From assembly GCF_035277725.1 (NCBI RefSeq), contig NZ_DATEJY010000222.1, positions 3,337 through 67,336 on the forward strand: a stretch of DNA of 64,000 bases, given 5' to 3'. Below the pieces are notes generated by a model. It saw only the letters and a list, made by a program, of their open reading frames with translations. It had not been told where the DNA came from and ran no database searches. The position numbers were made by a program, and so were the translations under genes. Positions 10,131 through 19,004 of this stretch are shown in pieces. Each line of letters begins with the position of its first letter. Position 1 is the first letter of the stretch. The DNA is from Dyella sp. (GTDB lineage: Bacteria > Pseudomonadota > Gammaproteobacteria > Xanthomonadales > Rhodanobacteraceae).

Positions 10131-10243
10131 CCTCGCATTGCGCCGGAGTGGCCGCCATGCGGCCGCGCGCGACTTGGCCAGACCGCCAGTCTGGTGCTGC
10201 GCCGCGCACGACCACCTGACAACCACTCCGGCGCAATGCGAGG
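10131..10243. repeat. 113-nt inverted-repeat element (21-bp perfect arms) in the lpxD-fabZ spacer
   Basis: Left arm CCTCGCATTGCGCCGGAGTGG (10131-10151) is the exact reverse complement of right arm CCACTCCGGCGCAATGCGAGG (10223-10243). The 71-nt interior contains further hairpins, e.g. CCAGAC-CGCCA-GTCTGG. Confidence 0.85.
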
Positions 10244-10253
10244 CACTTGGAAT

Positions 10254-10736
10254 ATGAACACAAGCTCTAACAACACCACCCCGATCACGCTGCCGGTAGG
10301 CGTCGAGCAAATCCAGCAATTGCTGCCGCACCGCTACCCGTTCCTGCTGGTGGATCGCGTGATCGAGATCGTGCCCGAGCAAAGCGTGGTGACGCTGAAG
10401 AACGTCACCATCAACGAGCCGTTTTTCAATGGCCATTTCCCAGGCCATCCGGTGATGCCTGGCGTGCTGATCGTGGAAGCCATGGCGCAATCCGCCGGCC
10501 TGCTCACCCAGATCAGCGCGCGCCTGAAAGGCAACGCGGCCAGCCCGCTGTTCTATCTGGCCAAGGTCGACAACGCCCGTTTCAACGCACCGGTAGTGCC
10601 GGGCGATCAGCTGCGCATGGAAGTGAAGCTCAAGCGCCTGCTGCGCAGCATGGGCCTGTTCGAGGCGCGCACCCTGGTCGATGGCCGCGAAGTGGCCAGC
10701 TGCGAACTGATGTGCGCCGCGAGGTCGGAGAAATGA
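10254..10736 (+). CDS. fabZ: 3-hydroxyacyl-ACP dehydratase FabZ
   Basis: Hot-dog dehydratase motifs [13 protein letters not shown] and [26 protein letters not shown] 10254 was chosen because the upstream part of the 207-aa ORF lies within the inverted repeat. Confidence 0.95.
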   Translation: MNTSSNNTTPITLPVGVEQIQQLLPHRYPFLLVDRVIEIVPEQSVVTLKNVTINEPFFNGHFPGHPVMPGVLIVEAMAQSAGLLTQISARLKGNAASPLFYLAKVDNARFNAPVVPGDQLRMEVKLKRLLRSMGLFEARTLVDGREVASCELMCAARSEK

Positions 10737-11506
10737 TCCACCCCACCGCGCAGATCGATCCCTCAGCCGTCATCGGCAACAACGTAAGCATCGGCGCCTT
10801 TACCGTCATCGGCGCCGAGGTGGAAATCGGCGACAACACGGTGATCGGCCCGCACGTGGTGATCCAGGGCCCCACCAAAATTGGCCGCGACAATCGCATC
10901 GCGCAATTCGCCTCGCTCGGCGGCGATCCGCAGGACATGAAGTACGGCGGCGAACGCACCGAACTGGTCATCGGCGATCGCAACCTGATCCGCGAATTCG
11001 TCACCATCAATCGGGGCACCAGCGAAGGCGGCGGCGTCACGCGCGTTGGCAACGACAACTGGCTGCTGGCCTACGTGCACGTGGCGCACGATTGCAAGGT
11101 CGGCAACCACACCATCTTCTCCAACTATTCGGCGCTGGCCGGCCATGTGGAAGTGGGCGACTGGACGGTTTTCGCCGGCTATTCCGGTGCGCACCAGTTC
11201 TGCAAGATCGGCGAGCACGCCTTCATCGCCATGGGCTGCCTGCTCGGCGCCGACGTGCCGCCGTTCCTGATGATGGCCAACGACCAGGCGGGCCGTCCGC
11301 GCGGACTCAACACCACCGGCCTCAAGCGCCGCGGCTTCGAGCCGGAACGCATCACCGCGATCAAGCGCGCCTACCGCACGCTCTACACCTCGGGCCTGTC
11401 GCTGGCCGAGGCGCGCGAGCAACTCGCCACGCAAGCCAAGGAAAGCGAAGACGTGCGGGCGATGCTGGCATTTCTGGAACGCAGCGAACGCGGGTTGGCG
11501 CGCTGA
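10733..11506 (+). CDS. lpxA: acyl-ACP--UDP-N-acetylglucosamine O-acyltransferase
   Basis: [15 protein letters not shown]... with hexapeptide repeats. The ATG overlaps the fabZ stop as ATGA. Confidence 0.96.
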   Translation: MIHPTAQIDPSAVIGNNVSIGAFTVIGAEVEIGDNTVIGPHVVIQGPTKIGRDNRIAQFASLGGDPQDMKYGGERTELVIGDRNLIREFVTINRGTSEGGGVTRVGNDNWLLAYVHVAHDCKVGNHTIFSNYSALAGHVEVGDWTVFAGYSGAHQFCKIGEHAFIAMGCLLGADVPPFLMMANDQAGRPRGLNTTGLKRRGFEPERITAIKRAYRTLYTSGLSLAEAREQLATQAKESEDVRAMLAFLERSERGLAR

Positions 11507-11567
11507 CAATATGCGCCCCCGCATATGGTTAGATCAGGCACGGGCTTTTTGCTTTTGAGGCATTGCC

Positions 11568-12791
11568 ATGCCCACTGACGCCAACGCTCCGCTGATCGCC
11601 CTCATCGCCGGCGAAGACTCCGGCGATCAACTCGGTGCCGATCTGATCACCGCCTTGCGGCGCCACTATCCCGATGCACGCTTCGTCGGCATCGGCGGTC
11701 GCCGCATGCAGAAGCACGGTTTCGAATCGTGGTACGACATCCGCGAACTGTCTCTGTTCGGTTTTGCGGAGGTAATCAGCCATCTGCCGCGGCTGTTGAA
11801 ACTGCGCAAAGAACTGATCACACGCCTGCTCGCGGCCAGGCCCGCGATCGTGGTCGGCATCGACGCTCCCGATTTCAACCTCGGTCTCGAACGCCGCTTG
11901 AAGCAAGCGGGCCTGCGCACCGTGCATTACGTCAGCCCGTCGATCTGGGCCTGGCGCGAAAAGCGGGCGGACAAGATCGGCCACAGCGTGCATCGCGTGC
12001 TGTGCCTATTCCCGATGGAGCCACCGATCTACGCGCGCCATGGCATCGATGCGCGTTTCGTCGGCCATCCATTGGCCGATCGCTTTCCGCTCGTATCCGA
12101 TCGCGTACCGGCACGCCGCACGTTACAGCTGCCGCTCGACGCCCCTGTGTTGGCGCTGCTGCCTGGCAGTCGCCATTCCGAGCTGGAACGCATGGGCGCC
12201 ATCTTTTTGGATACCGCACGCCGCGTGGCCACCGCCATGCCCGGCTTGCGCGTGGTAATTCCCGCCGCGAATTCGCGTGCACTCGCCACACTCAAGGCCA
12301 TGCTTGCACACGGGCCGCATGATGATGCCTCGCCCATCCTGATCGACGGCCATGCCCACGAAGCAATGCTCGCTGCCGACGTCGTGTTGCTGGCATCCGG
12401 TACCGCCACGCTGGAAGCGATGCTCGCCAAGCGTCCGATGGTGGTGGGCTATCGCGTATCGCCATTGAGCTATCGCATCGCGCGCCTGTTCAACATGCTC
12501 AAGACCGACGTCTACGCACTGCCCAACATCCTTGCCCGCGCCTGCGGCATGGGCAAGGACGCGCTGCTGGCACCGGAACTGATGCAGGACGACTTCACCG
12601 CGGAGAAGCTCACGCACGCCACGCTGCAATTGTTCCGCGATAGCGAGCGGCGCGGCGCCATCGTTGCCGCCTTCGAGCAATTGCATGAAGCCTTGCGCGG
12701 TCATCTGCCCGGCCACGCCGGCGACCATGCGGCGGCGGCGATCATTGAATTGATCGAGCAACCAAGCTCCCTCCCCCGGGAAGAGGGTTAG
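11568..12791 (+). CDS. lpxB: lipid-A-disaccharide synthase
   Basis: 407-aa ORF (...LIALIAGEDSGDQLGADLI...VHYVSPSIWAWREKR...) collinear with the LpxB family. Position after lpxA. Confidence 0.95.
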   Translation: MPTDANAPLIALIAGEDSGDQLGADLITALRRHYPDARFVGIGGRRMQKHGFESWYDIRELSLFGFAEVISHLPRLLKLRKELITRLLAARPAIVVGIDAPDFNLGLERRLKQAGLRTVHYVSPSIWAWREKRADKIGHSVHRVLCLFPMEPPIYARHGIDARFVGHPLADRFPLVSDRVPARRTLQLPLDAPVLALLPGSRHSELERMGAIFLDTARRVATAMPGLRVVIPAANSRALATLKAMLAHGPHDDASPILIDGHAHEAMLAADVVLLASGTATLEAMLAKRPMVVGYRVSPLSYRIARLFNMLKTDVYALPNILARACGMGKDALLAPELMQDDFTAEKLTHATLQLFRDSERRGAIVAAFEQLHEALRGHLPGHAGDHAAAAIIELIEQPSSLPREEG

Positions 12792-12945
12792 GGTGAGAGG
12801 CTGGGCTTGCGGGAACGCATCAATACGTTCAGGCTTTTTACTGCATGCACCAAAATGACATCCCGCCAGATTCGCCCCTCACCTCACCCCATTCCCCTTG
12901 GGGAGTGGGAAAAGATAATGAGCCCTCCCCGGAGGGGAGAGGAGG
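12768..12945. repeat. cluster of G/C-rich imperfect palindromic units (CCCTCCCC...GGGTTAGGGTGAGAGG type)
   Basis: Three related units: CTCCCTCCCCCGGGAAGAGGGTTAGGGTGAGAGG (12768-12800), CCCCTCACCTCACCCCATTCCCCTTGGGGAGTGGG (12885-12910) and GCCCTCCCCGGAGGGGAGAGGAGG (12921-12945). The second is roughly the reverse complement of the first. Confidence 0.45.
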
Positions 12946-13558
12946 CGGACGCGAAGAGCGCGTTACTCAATACGTCACCCGCTACGTGGCCGGCGTGGAC
13001 GAAGCCGGACGCGGCCCGCTGGCCGGCCCCGTGGTCGTGGCGGCGGTGATCCTCAACAAGCGCCGCCGCATCAAGGGCCTGGACGACTCCAAGAAGCTGA
13101 GCGAAGCCAAGCGCGAGGCACTCTTCCCCCTGATCGTTGAACGCGCACTGGCCTACAGCGTGGTCGTGGTGGATCGCGAAGAAATCGATCGCATCAACAT
13201 CTTCCAGGCCACCATGATCGGCATGACGCGTGCGCTGCGCGCCCTGGCGCCAGCCGCCACGGAAGCACTTATCGACGGCAACCAGTTGCCCAAAGAGTTG
13301 CCCTGCCCTGCCCGCGCCATCATCGGTGGCGACGCGCTGGAACCCTCGATCAGCGCCGCGTCGATTCTGGCCAAGGTCAGCCGGGACCGCCTGATGGTGG
13401 CGATGGATACGCAATTTCCCGGCTATGGTTTCGCCGAGCACAAGGGCTATTCCACGCCCGGGCATCTCGCCGCGCTGCAACGGCTCGGGCCTTGCCTCGA
13501 ACATCGACGCAGCTTTGCGCCGGTCAAGCTGTTGTTGGATCAAGGGCAGCTTTTCTAA
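12845..13558 (+). CDS. rnhB: ribonuclease HII (start uncertain)
   Basis: Core motif [22 protein letters not shown] and the rest are collinear with RNase HII. The first ~45 codons of the 237-aa ORF run through a repeat cluster, so in-frame GTG starts at 12905 or 12986 are plausible alternatives. Confidence 0.88.
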   Translation: MHQNDIPPDSPLTSPHSPWGVGKDNEPSPEGRGGGREERVTQYVTRYVAGVDEAGRGPLAGPVVVAAVILNKRRRIKGLDDSKKLSEAKREALFPLIVERALAYSVVVVDREEIDRINIFQATMIGMTRALRALAPAATEALIDGNQLPKELPCPARAIIGGDALEPSISAASILAKVSRDRLMVAMDTQFPGYGFAEHKGYSTPGHLAALQRLGPCLEHRRSFAPVKLLLDQGQLF

Positions 13559-13767
13559 GCCTGTTGAACTTTTTTTCTGAAGGCTGCCATGTCCATGGTT
13601 CTATGCAACCTTACCTATTGCGCGCGCATCTGAGCAGGTATGGGATGGATTCGGAACGCCGCTGCGCAGACATGCGAACGCCAGCGTAGCGGCCGCGTTG
13701 CACGGACGCGCCACCGCCCAGTGCCAGCAAAACTCGAATCAGACACCGGGCTTTCGAGGAGGGTGCC

Positions 13768-13968
13768 ATGATGTTCCCGTTCCGTCGTCGCACAACGTCG
13801 AAATCCACTGCCGAAAAACACGCGCCGAAGCTCAACGCAGAAAACCCGCCGAACGTCACCGAGCTGCATCTGCAGCATCTCGACTACAACGGCGAGCCGA
13901 TGAGCGTGGAAAGTCTGTCGCATTACTTCGCGCCCACGGACAGCAATGAACGGTTCCGTGTGCACTGA
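13768..13968 (+). CDS. hypothetical small protein (66 aa)
   Basis: ORF MMFPFRRRTTSKSTAEKHAPKLNAENPPNVTELHLQHLDYNGEPMSVESLSHYFAPTDSNERFRVH, preceded by GAGGAGGG 5 nt upstream of the ATG. No family recognised. Confidence 0.45.
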   Translation: MMFPFRRRTTSKSTAEKHAPKLNAENPPNVTELHLQHLDYNGEPMSVESLSHYFAPTDSNERFRVH

Positions 13969-14134
13969 GATGGCGTCAGTCGAACACCGCCAATAGTTAA
14001 AACGGGTGCCCGCAAGCTTGCCCGTCGCCGCTTTTACGAATGTCCGGGCGACGACTTACGATTCGGGACTGCTGTCAATGCTTGCCCGTACCCGGCCGGC
14101 TCGCTAGGCTGAGCTATTGCTTCGCGTGCGAGCC

Positions 14135-17100
14135 ATGTCCGTCCGTTTCGCTCATCTGCATCTGCACAGCGAATATTCGCTGGTCGACTCGACCATCCGC
14201 ATCAAGGCGCTGGTGGCTGCCTGCGTGCAGGCCGGTGCGCCCGCTGTCGCGCTCACCGATGAGTGCAACATGTTCGCCCTGGTGAAGTTCTACAAGGCGT
14301 GCAGCGCGGCCGGCATCAAGCCGATCGGCGGCTGCGACTTGTGGATAAGCGCTCCGGACGATCCGCGCCCCTGGCGCATGACCGTGCTGTGCCAGAACCG
14401 CGACGGCTATCTCAACCTTTCCCGCCTCGTCTCGCGCGCCTGGCGCGAAGGCCAGCAAGGCGGCCGTGCGCTGGTCGACGCCACGTGGCTCACGCCGGCT
14501 GCGACAGACGGCTTGATCGTGCTGCTCGGGCGCGAAAGCGAAGCGGCCCGCATGGCCGTCAACCAGGGCACGGATACGGCGGCACCGCGTCTGCAAACGC
14601 TGCTGCAATTGTTTCCCGATCGCCTGTACCTGGAACTCACCCGCTGCGGCCGCGAGGGCGAAGAAGCGTGGAACAACGCCGCGCTCACCCTGGCCACCGC
14701 ACTCGATCTGCCGGTGATCGCCAGCAACGACGTGCGCTTCCTGAAGCAGGACGACTTTGAAGCGCACGAAGCACGCGTGTGCATTCACCAAGGCCGCGTT
14801 CTTGCCGATCCCAAGCGCCCGCGCGACTACAGCGACCAGCAATACCTGAAAACGCCCGAGCAGATGGCCGAGTTGTTTGCGGACATCCCCGAAGCGCTGG
14901 AAAACACGGTCGAACTGGCCAAGCGCTGCAACCTGGAACTCTCGTTCGGCACCTACTACCTGCCGAACTTCCCGGTACCGGAAGGCCACGACCTCGACAG
15001 CTACATCCGCGAAACCGCGCGCGAAGGTTTGAAAGAACGCCTCGCCCACGCGCCGTTGGCAGCCGGCTACACGCTCGCCGATTACGAAGCACGCCTGGAA
15101 CGCGAGCTGGACGTGATCATCAAGATGGGTTTTCCCGGTTACTTCCTGATCGTGGCGGACTTCATCAACTGGGGTAAGCAGAACGGCATTCCGGTCGGCC
15201 CGGGCCGCGGTTCGGGTGCAGGCTCGCTGGTGGCGTGGGTGCTGAAGATCACCGATCTCGATCCGCTGCAGTTCAACCTGCTGTTCGAGCGTTTCTTGAA
15301 TCCAGAGCGCGTGTCGATGCCGGACTTCGACATCGACTTCTGCATGGATCGCCGCGACGAGGTGATCGACTACGTCGCGCGCAAATACGGCCGCGACCAC
15401 GTCAGCCAGATCATCACCTACGGCTCGATGGCTGCCAAGGCGGTGCTGCGCGACTCCGGCCGCGTGCTCGGCATGGGCTACAACGCGGTCGACAAGATCG
15501 CCAAGCTGATTCCGGCGCGCCCGCTCGACCTCACGTTGTCATGCGCACTTGGCCGCTCGGAAAAAGCGCAGAAAGAACCCGACCGCGTGGTCAAGGAATT
15601 CTGCGAACTCTACGAACAGGACGAAGAAGCCAAGACGCTGATCGACCTGGCGCTGAAACTGGAAAGCCTCACGCGCAACGCCGGCAAGCACGCCGGTGGC
15701 GTGGTGATCGGGCCCAAACCGCTCACCGAATTCGCACCGCTGTACTGCGAACCGGGCGGCGCTGGCGTCGTTACGCAATACGACAAGGACGACGTCGAAG
15801 CCGTCGGCCTGGTGAAGTTCGACTTCCTCGGCCTGCGCACGCTCACCATCATCGATTGGGCGGTGAAGGCGATCAATGCGCGCCGCGCGCAAAGCGGCGA
15901 AGAACCGCTGGACATCGCCGCGCTGCCGCTCGATGACGTCCCCACCTACGAGTTGTTGAAACGCGCGCAGACCGTCGCCGTGTTCCAGCTCGAATCCTCC
16001 GGCATGCAGCGCATGCTCAAGGATGCGAAGCCGGACCGCTTCGAAGACATCATCGCGCTGGTGGCGTTGTATCGCCCCGGCCCGATGGACCTGATCCCCA
16101 GCTTCGTCGCGCGTAAACATGGTCGCGAAGAAGTGATCTATCCCGATCCGCGCGTCGAGCCGATCCTGAAAGAGACCTACGGCATCATGGTCTACCAGGA
16201 GCAGGTGATGCAGATGGCGCAGATCGTCGGCGGCTACTCGCTCGGCGGCGCCGACCTGTTGCGCCGCGCGATGGGCAAGAAGAAAGTCGAGGAAATGGCC
16301 AAGGAGCGCGCCAAGTTCCGCGAAGGCGCCGCCAAGGACGGGCTGACTGGCGAGAAAGCCGATGCCATCTTCGACGACATGGAAAAGTTCGCCGGCTACG
16401 GCTTCAACAAGTCGCATGCCGCCGCCTATGCCGTGGTGTCGTACCAGACTGCATGGCTGAAGGCGCACTACCCCGCCGAATTCATGGCCGCGACCATTTC
16501 GTCGGACATGGACAACACCGACAAGGTGGTGATCTTCCTCGACGAATCGCGCGCGATCGGCTTGAAGATCCTGCCGCCGGACGTGAACGCATCGGAGTTC
16601 ATGTTTGAGGCCGTCGAACCGAGGGTCATTCGCTATGGCCTCGGCGCCATCAAGGGCGTCGGCCAGGGTGCTTGCGAAGCCATTGCCGAGGAACGCAAGA
16701 AAGGCGGCCCGTACAAGGATCTGGCCGACTTCTGCCGCCGCGTTGATCCCAGCAAGCTCAATCGCCGCGTGCTGGAAGCACTGATCTACTCCGGCTCGCT
16801 GGATGCCCTGGCCCCCACCCGCGCCAGCCTGATGCTGCAGTTGCCGGATGCGATCAAGGCGGCCGAACAGCATCTGCGCGATCGCCAGTCCGGCCAGAAC
16901 GACATGTTCGGTGCCATGGTCGGCGCCGTCACCCCCGTCGTGGAGATCAACCTGCCCACCGCGCCCGAATGGCCGCTGGAGCAGAAACTGCAAGGCGAGC
17001 GCGACACGCTCGGCCACTACCTGTCCGGCCACCCCACCGATCCCTGGCGCGAGGAACTGGCCCAGCTCTCCACCTGCCCGCTCGGCGAGATCGCCGACCG

Positions 17101-17671
17101 CTACCAGCCCCCGCGCCCGCGCAAGAACGACGGCGACGACAACCGCTTCCGCCGCGGCCCCGATACCCCCTGGACCGTCGCCGGCATGGTGGTGGCCGTG
17201 CGCAAGCGCGGCGACAGCGACGCCTTCGTGCGCCTGGAAGACAGCACCGGCAGCATCGAGGTGAGCTTCTTCGGCGAGCTGTACCAGCAAGCCGCCCCGC
17301 TGCTCACCCGCGACGAGCTGATCGTGGTCGAAGGCGGCCTGCGCATCGACGAATTTTCCGGCGGCGGTTTCCAGGTACGCGCCCGCAGCGCCATGTCCAT
17401 GGCCGACGCCTGCCGCCGCTACGCGCGCCTGCTGCGCGTCAAGGTCAACGGCATCGGCCCCGACTTCATCACCCAGTTCCGCCAGGCCCTCGCCGGCCAT
17501 CGCGGCGGCAATGCGAGCGTGCTGCTAAGCGGCTACCACAACGCCGTGGCGCAGGCGGATTTCGAATTCGGGCAGGAATGGAAGGTGCACGCCATCCCCG
17601 AGCTGCTGCGCACCGTGCGGGGGATGCCTGGGGTGCTGGGCGCGGGTGTGCGGATCATCAAAGCCGACTAA
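14135..17671 (+). CDS. dnaE: DNA polymerase III alpha subunit
   Basis: Starts MSVRFAHLHLHSEYSLVDS (PHP domain). About 1178 aa, collinear with DnaE. Position after rnhB. Confidence 0.98.
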   Translation: MSVRFAHLHLHSEYSLVDSTIRIKALVAACVQAGAPAVALTDECNMFALVKFYKACSAAGIKPIGGCDLWISAPDDPRPWRMTVLCQNRDGYLNLSRLVSRAWREGQQGGRALVDATWLTPAATDGLIVLLGRESEAARMAVNQGTDTAAPRLQTLLQLFPDRLYLELTRCGREGEEAWNNAALTLATALDLPVIASNDVRFLKQDDFEAHEARVCIHQGRVLADPKRPRDYSDQQYLKTPEQMAELFADIPEALENTVELAKRCNLELSFGTYYLPNFPVPEGHDLDSYIRETAREGLKERLAHAPLAAGYTLADYEARLERELDVIIKMGFPGYFLIVADFINWGKQNGIPVGPGRGSGAGSLVAWVLKITDLDPLQFNLLFERFLNPERVSMPDFDIDFCMDRRDEVIDYVARKYGRDHVSQIITYGSMAAKAVLRDSGRVLGMGYNAVDKIAKLIPARPLDLTLSCALGRSEKAQKEPDRVVKEFCELYEQDEEAKTLIDLALKLESLTRNAGKHAGGVVIGPKPLTEFAPLYCEPGGAGVVTQYDKDDVEAVGLVKFDFLGLRTLTIIDWAVKAINARRAQSGEEPLDIAALPLDDVPTYELLKRAQTVAVFQLESSGMQRMLKDAKPDRFEDIIALVALYRPGPMDLIPSFVARKHGREEVIYPDPRVEPILKETYGIMVYQEQVMQMAQIVGGYSLGGADLLRRAMGKKKVEEMAKERAKFREGAAKDGLTGEKADAIFDDMEKFAGYGFNKSHAAAYAVVSYQTAWLKAHYPAEFMAATISSDMDNTDKVVIFLDESRAIGLKILPPDVNASEFMFEAVEPRVIRYGLGAIKGVGQGACEAIAEERKKGGPYKDLADFCRRVDPSKLNRRVLEALIYSGSLDALAPTRASLMLQLPDAIKAAEQHLRDRQSGQNDMFGAMVGAVTPVVEINLPTAPEWPLEQKLQGERDTLGHYLSGHPTDPWREELAQLSTCPLGEIADRYQPPRPRKNDGDDNRFRRGPDTPWTVAGMVVAVRKRGDSDAFVRLEDSTGSIEVSFFGELYQQAAPLLTRDELIVVEGGLRIDEFSGGGFQVRARSAMSMADACRRYARLLRVKVNGIGPDFITQFRQALAGHRGGNASVLLSGYHNAVAQADFEFGQEWKVHAIPELLRTVRGMPGVLGAGVRIIKAD

Positions 17672-17796
17672 GCCCTTGGACACCATGACGTTGATGGTGA
17701 CGCTGGCCGACCTTAAGCTGGTTTTTAACGAGTCCGCACTCCTCCATATCCCGGCGAACGCCGGAGCCCAGTGTCTTTGCTTTTGAGGCAACCAAA

Positions 17797-17816
17797 GTTG
17801 GGGCTTTCGCCCCAAC
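17797..17816. terminator. palindromic hairpin between convergent dnaE and the Ivy-like gene
   Basis: GTTGGGGC-TTTC-GCCCCAAC, an 8-bp stem. On the minus strand it is followed by TTTGGTTG. It lies 8 nt beyond the stop of the minus-strand gene. Confidence 0.45.
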
Positions 17817-17823
17817 CGGGAAA

Positions 17824-18294
17824 CTACATGGATTCGGGCAGATAACCGGTAAACCGGTTTTTGATCGCTGCCGGCAGTATCGAGTAATCATCGACGTTGC
17901 CAAACCACCGCGTAGAAACGCGATGGTCCTGTCGCTCAAAAAAGCCAACCCACAACCGTGGCTTGTTCAAATCAATAACGACCATGGCAAAGGCTGCGGG
18001 ACAGTTATGCGGCATGCACTGATGGATAACGAGGAAATCACCCTGCTGCTCGATTTTGTCTTCCACGCCGTAGCTGGCGAGCGCTTTCCGGTCCGCGGGC
18101 GACAACAGGCCATGCAGCGCGGCCTGGATGGACGGCTGATCCAGAAAACCACCCTTTTTTCCGTTCGTATAGACCGAAGGATATTTCCCTACCCAGGATA
18201 AAAGCGCCGCCTTGTCCCAGGTCTGGGCACTGTCGGCTGCATAAAGCGAAGCCGGCATACACAGCGCCAACATCAGTGTAAGCATCATTCTCAT
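17824..18294 (-). CDS. secreted Ivy-like (inhibitor of vertebrate lysozyme family) protein
   Basis: Start taken at MRMMLTLMLALCMPASLYA/ADSAQ (Sec signal peptide). Contains FLVIHQ-CMPHNC-PAAFAMVVI, collinear with the E. coli Ivy inhibitory loop YQVMSA-CKPHDC-GSQRIAVMW. 156 aa. Confidence 0.7.
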   Translation of the reverse strand: MRMMLTLMLALCMPASLYAADSAQTWDKAALLSWVGKYPSVYTNGKKGGFLDQPSIQAALHGLLSPADRKALASYGVEDKIEQQGDFLVIHQCMPHNCPAAFAMVVIDLNKPRLWVGFFERQDHRVSTRWFGNVDDYSILPAAIKNRFTGYLPESM

Positions 18295-18299
18295 CGATA

Positions 18300-18716
18300 T
18301 CACCTGTGATTGATCTGCAGCGCGGCCATAGGGTGGGAGCCATCGTTTTTCAGCGCTTTTTCGCAGGCACAAATGGATTTGGAATAGCCTGCTCCCGTGC
18401 CGAACGATTTATCGACGCCAGCGAGTTTGGTCTTGCAGATGTCCAGATAACAGGTGCCGCACTGGATATTTTTTGCCGCATCGGTCATGTCATCGTGACT
18501 GAAATGAATGCCGGCCGGGCTGTTTTTGTTGACCAGGTCGACCGCCCCTTTCGTAAGCTGCATTAGCCCTGTTGCGGTGGATCCTCCGTTGACGACTTCC
18601 GGGTCAAAATTCGTTTCCTTCCATGCCAGACAGATCACGAATTCATCGGAAAAGATTTTCGATCTGTTGTTGTCCTTGACCAGCTTTACCATCTGCTCGT
18701 AACTGAGCCCGCTCAT
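18300..18716 (-). CDS. small SLT-domain (lytic transglycosylase / lysozyme-like) protein without signal peptide
   Basis: ATG at 18716 is preceded by AAGGAGAG. Motifs LAWKETNFDP (catalytic Glu) and STATGLMQLT are typical of the SLT family. The N-terminus MSGLSYEQMVKLVKDNNRSK is hydrophilic. The stop lies 5 nt before the next gene's start. Confidence 0.75.
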   Translation of the reverse strand: MSGLSYEQMVKLVKDNNRSKIFSDEFVICLAWKETNFDPEVVNGGSTATGLMQLTKGAVDLVNKNSPAGIHFSHDDMTDAAKNIQCGTCYLDICKTKLAGVDKSFGTGAGYSKSICACEKALKNDGSHPMAALQINHR

Positions 18717-19004
18717 CCCACTCTCCTTAAGCGATATCCAAGAAACATCCATAGAAATGGGCGCCGTTCATGGCGCCCCGCAGATCATGCGTCAGGCGTC
18801 GAAACCCTGGCAACATCTTCACGTCACAGCCCTCGAAGCTCCGGGCTGCCCCGGCACTTCGCCCAGCACCGCGGGTTTATCAGCGACCGTTGCCGCCTCG
18901 GAGGCTGAGGGACAAAGCGCTTTCCCAGCCCCCATACGCCCCCGTTCCCGCCCCGTCACGCACCCCGGGTATACTGCCCCGCTTCTGTGCCACGTCAGTG
19001 ACCG

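Noticed and set aside
9045-10490. 481-aa minus-strand ORF spanning lpxD and fabZ antisense
   Set aside because: It overlaps two canonical genes and the inverted repeat. Its His/Arg/Ala-rich composition indicates a high-GC artefact.
15539-17500. 653-aa minus-strand ORF (and 14114-15400, 428 aa) antisense to dnaE
   Set aside because: dnaE on the plus strand is unambiguous. The antisense translations are low-complexity with no motifs.
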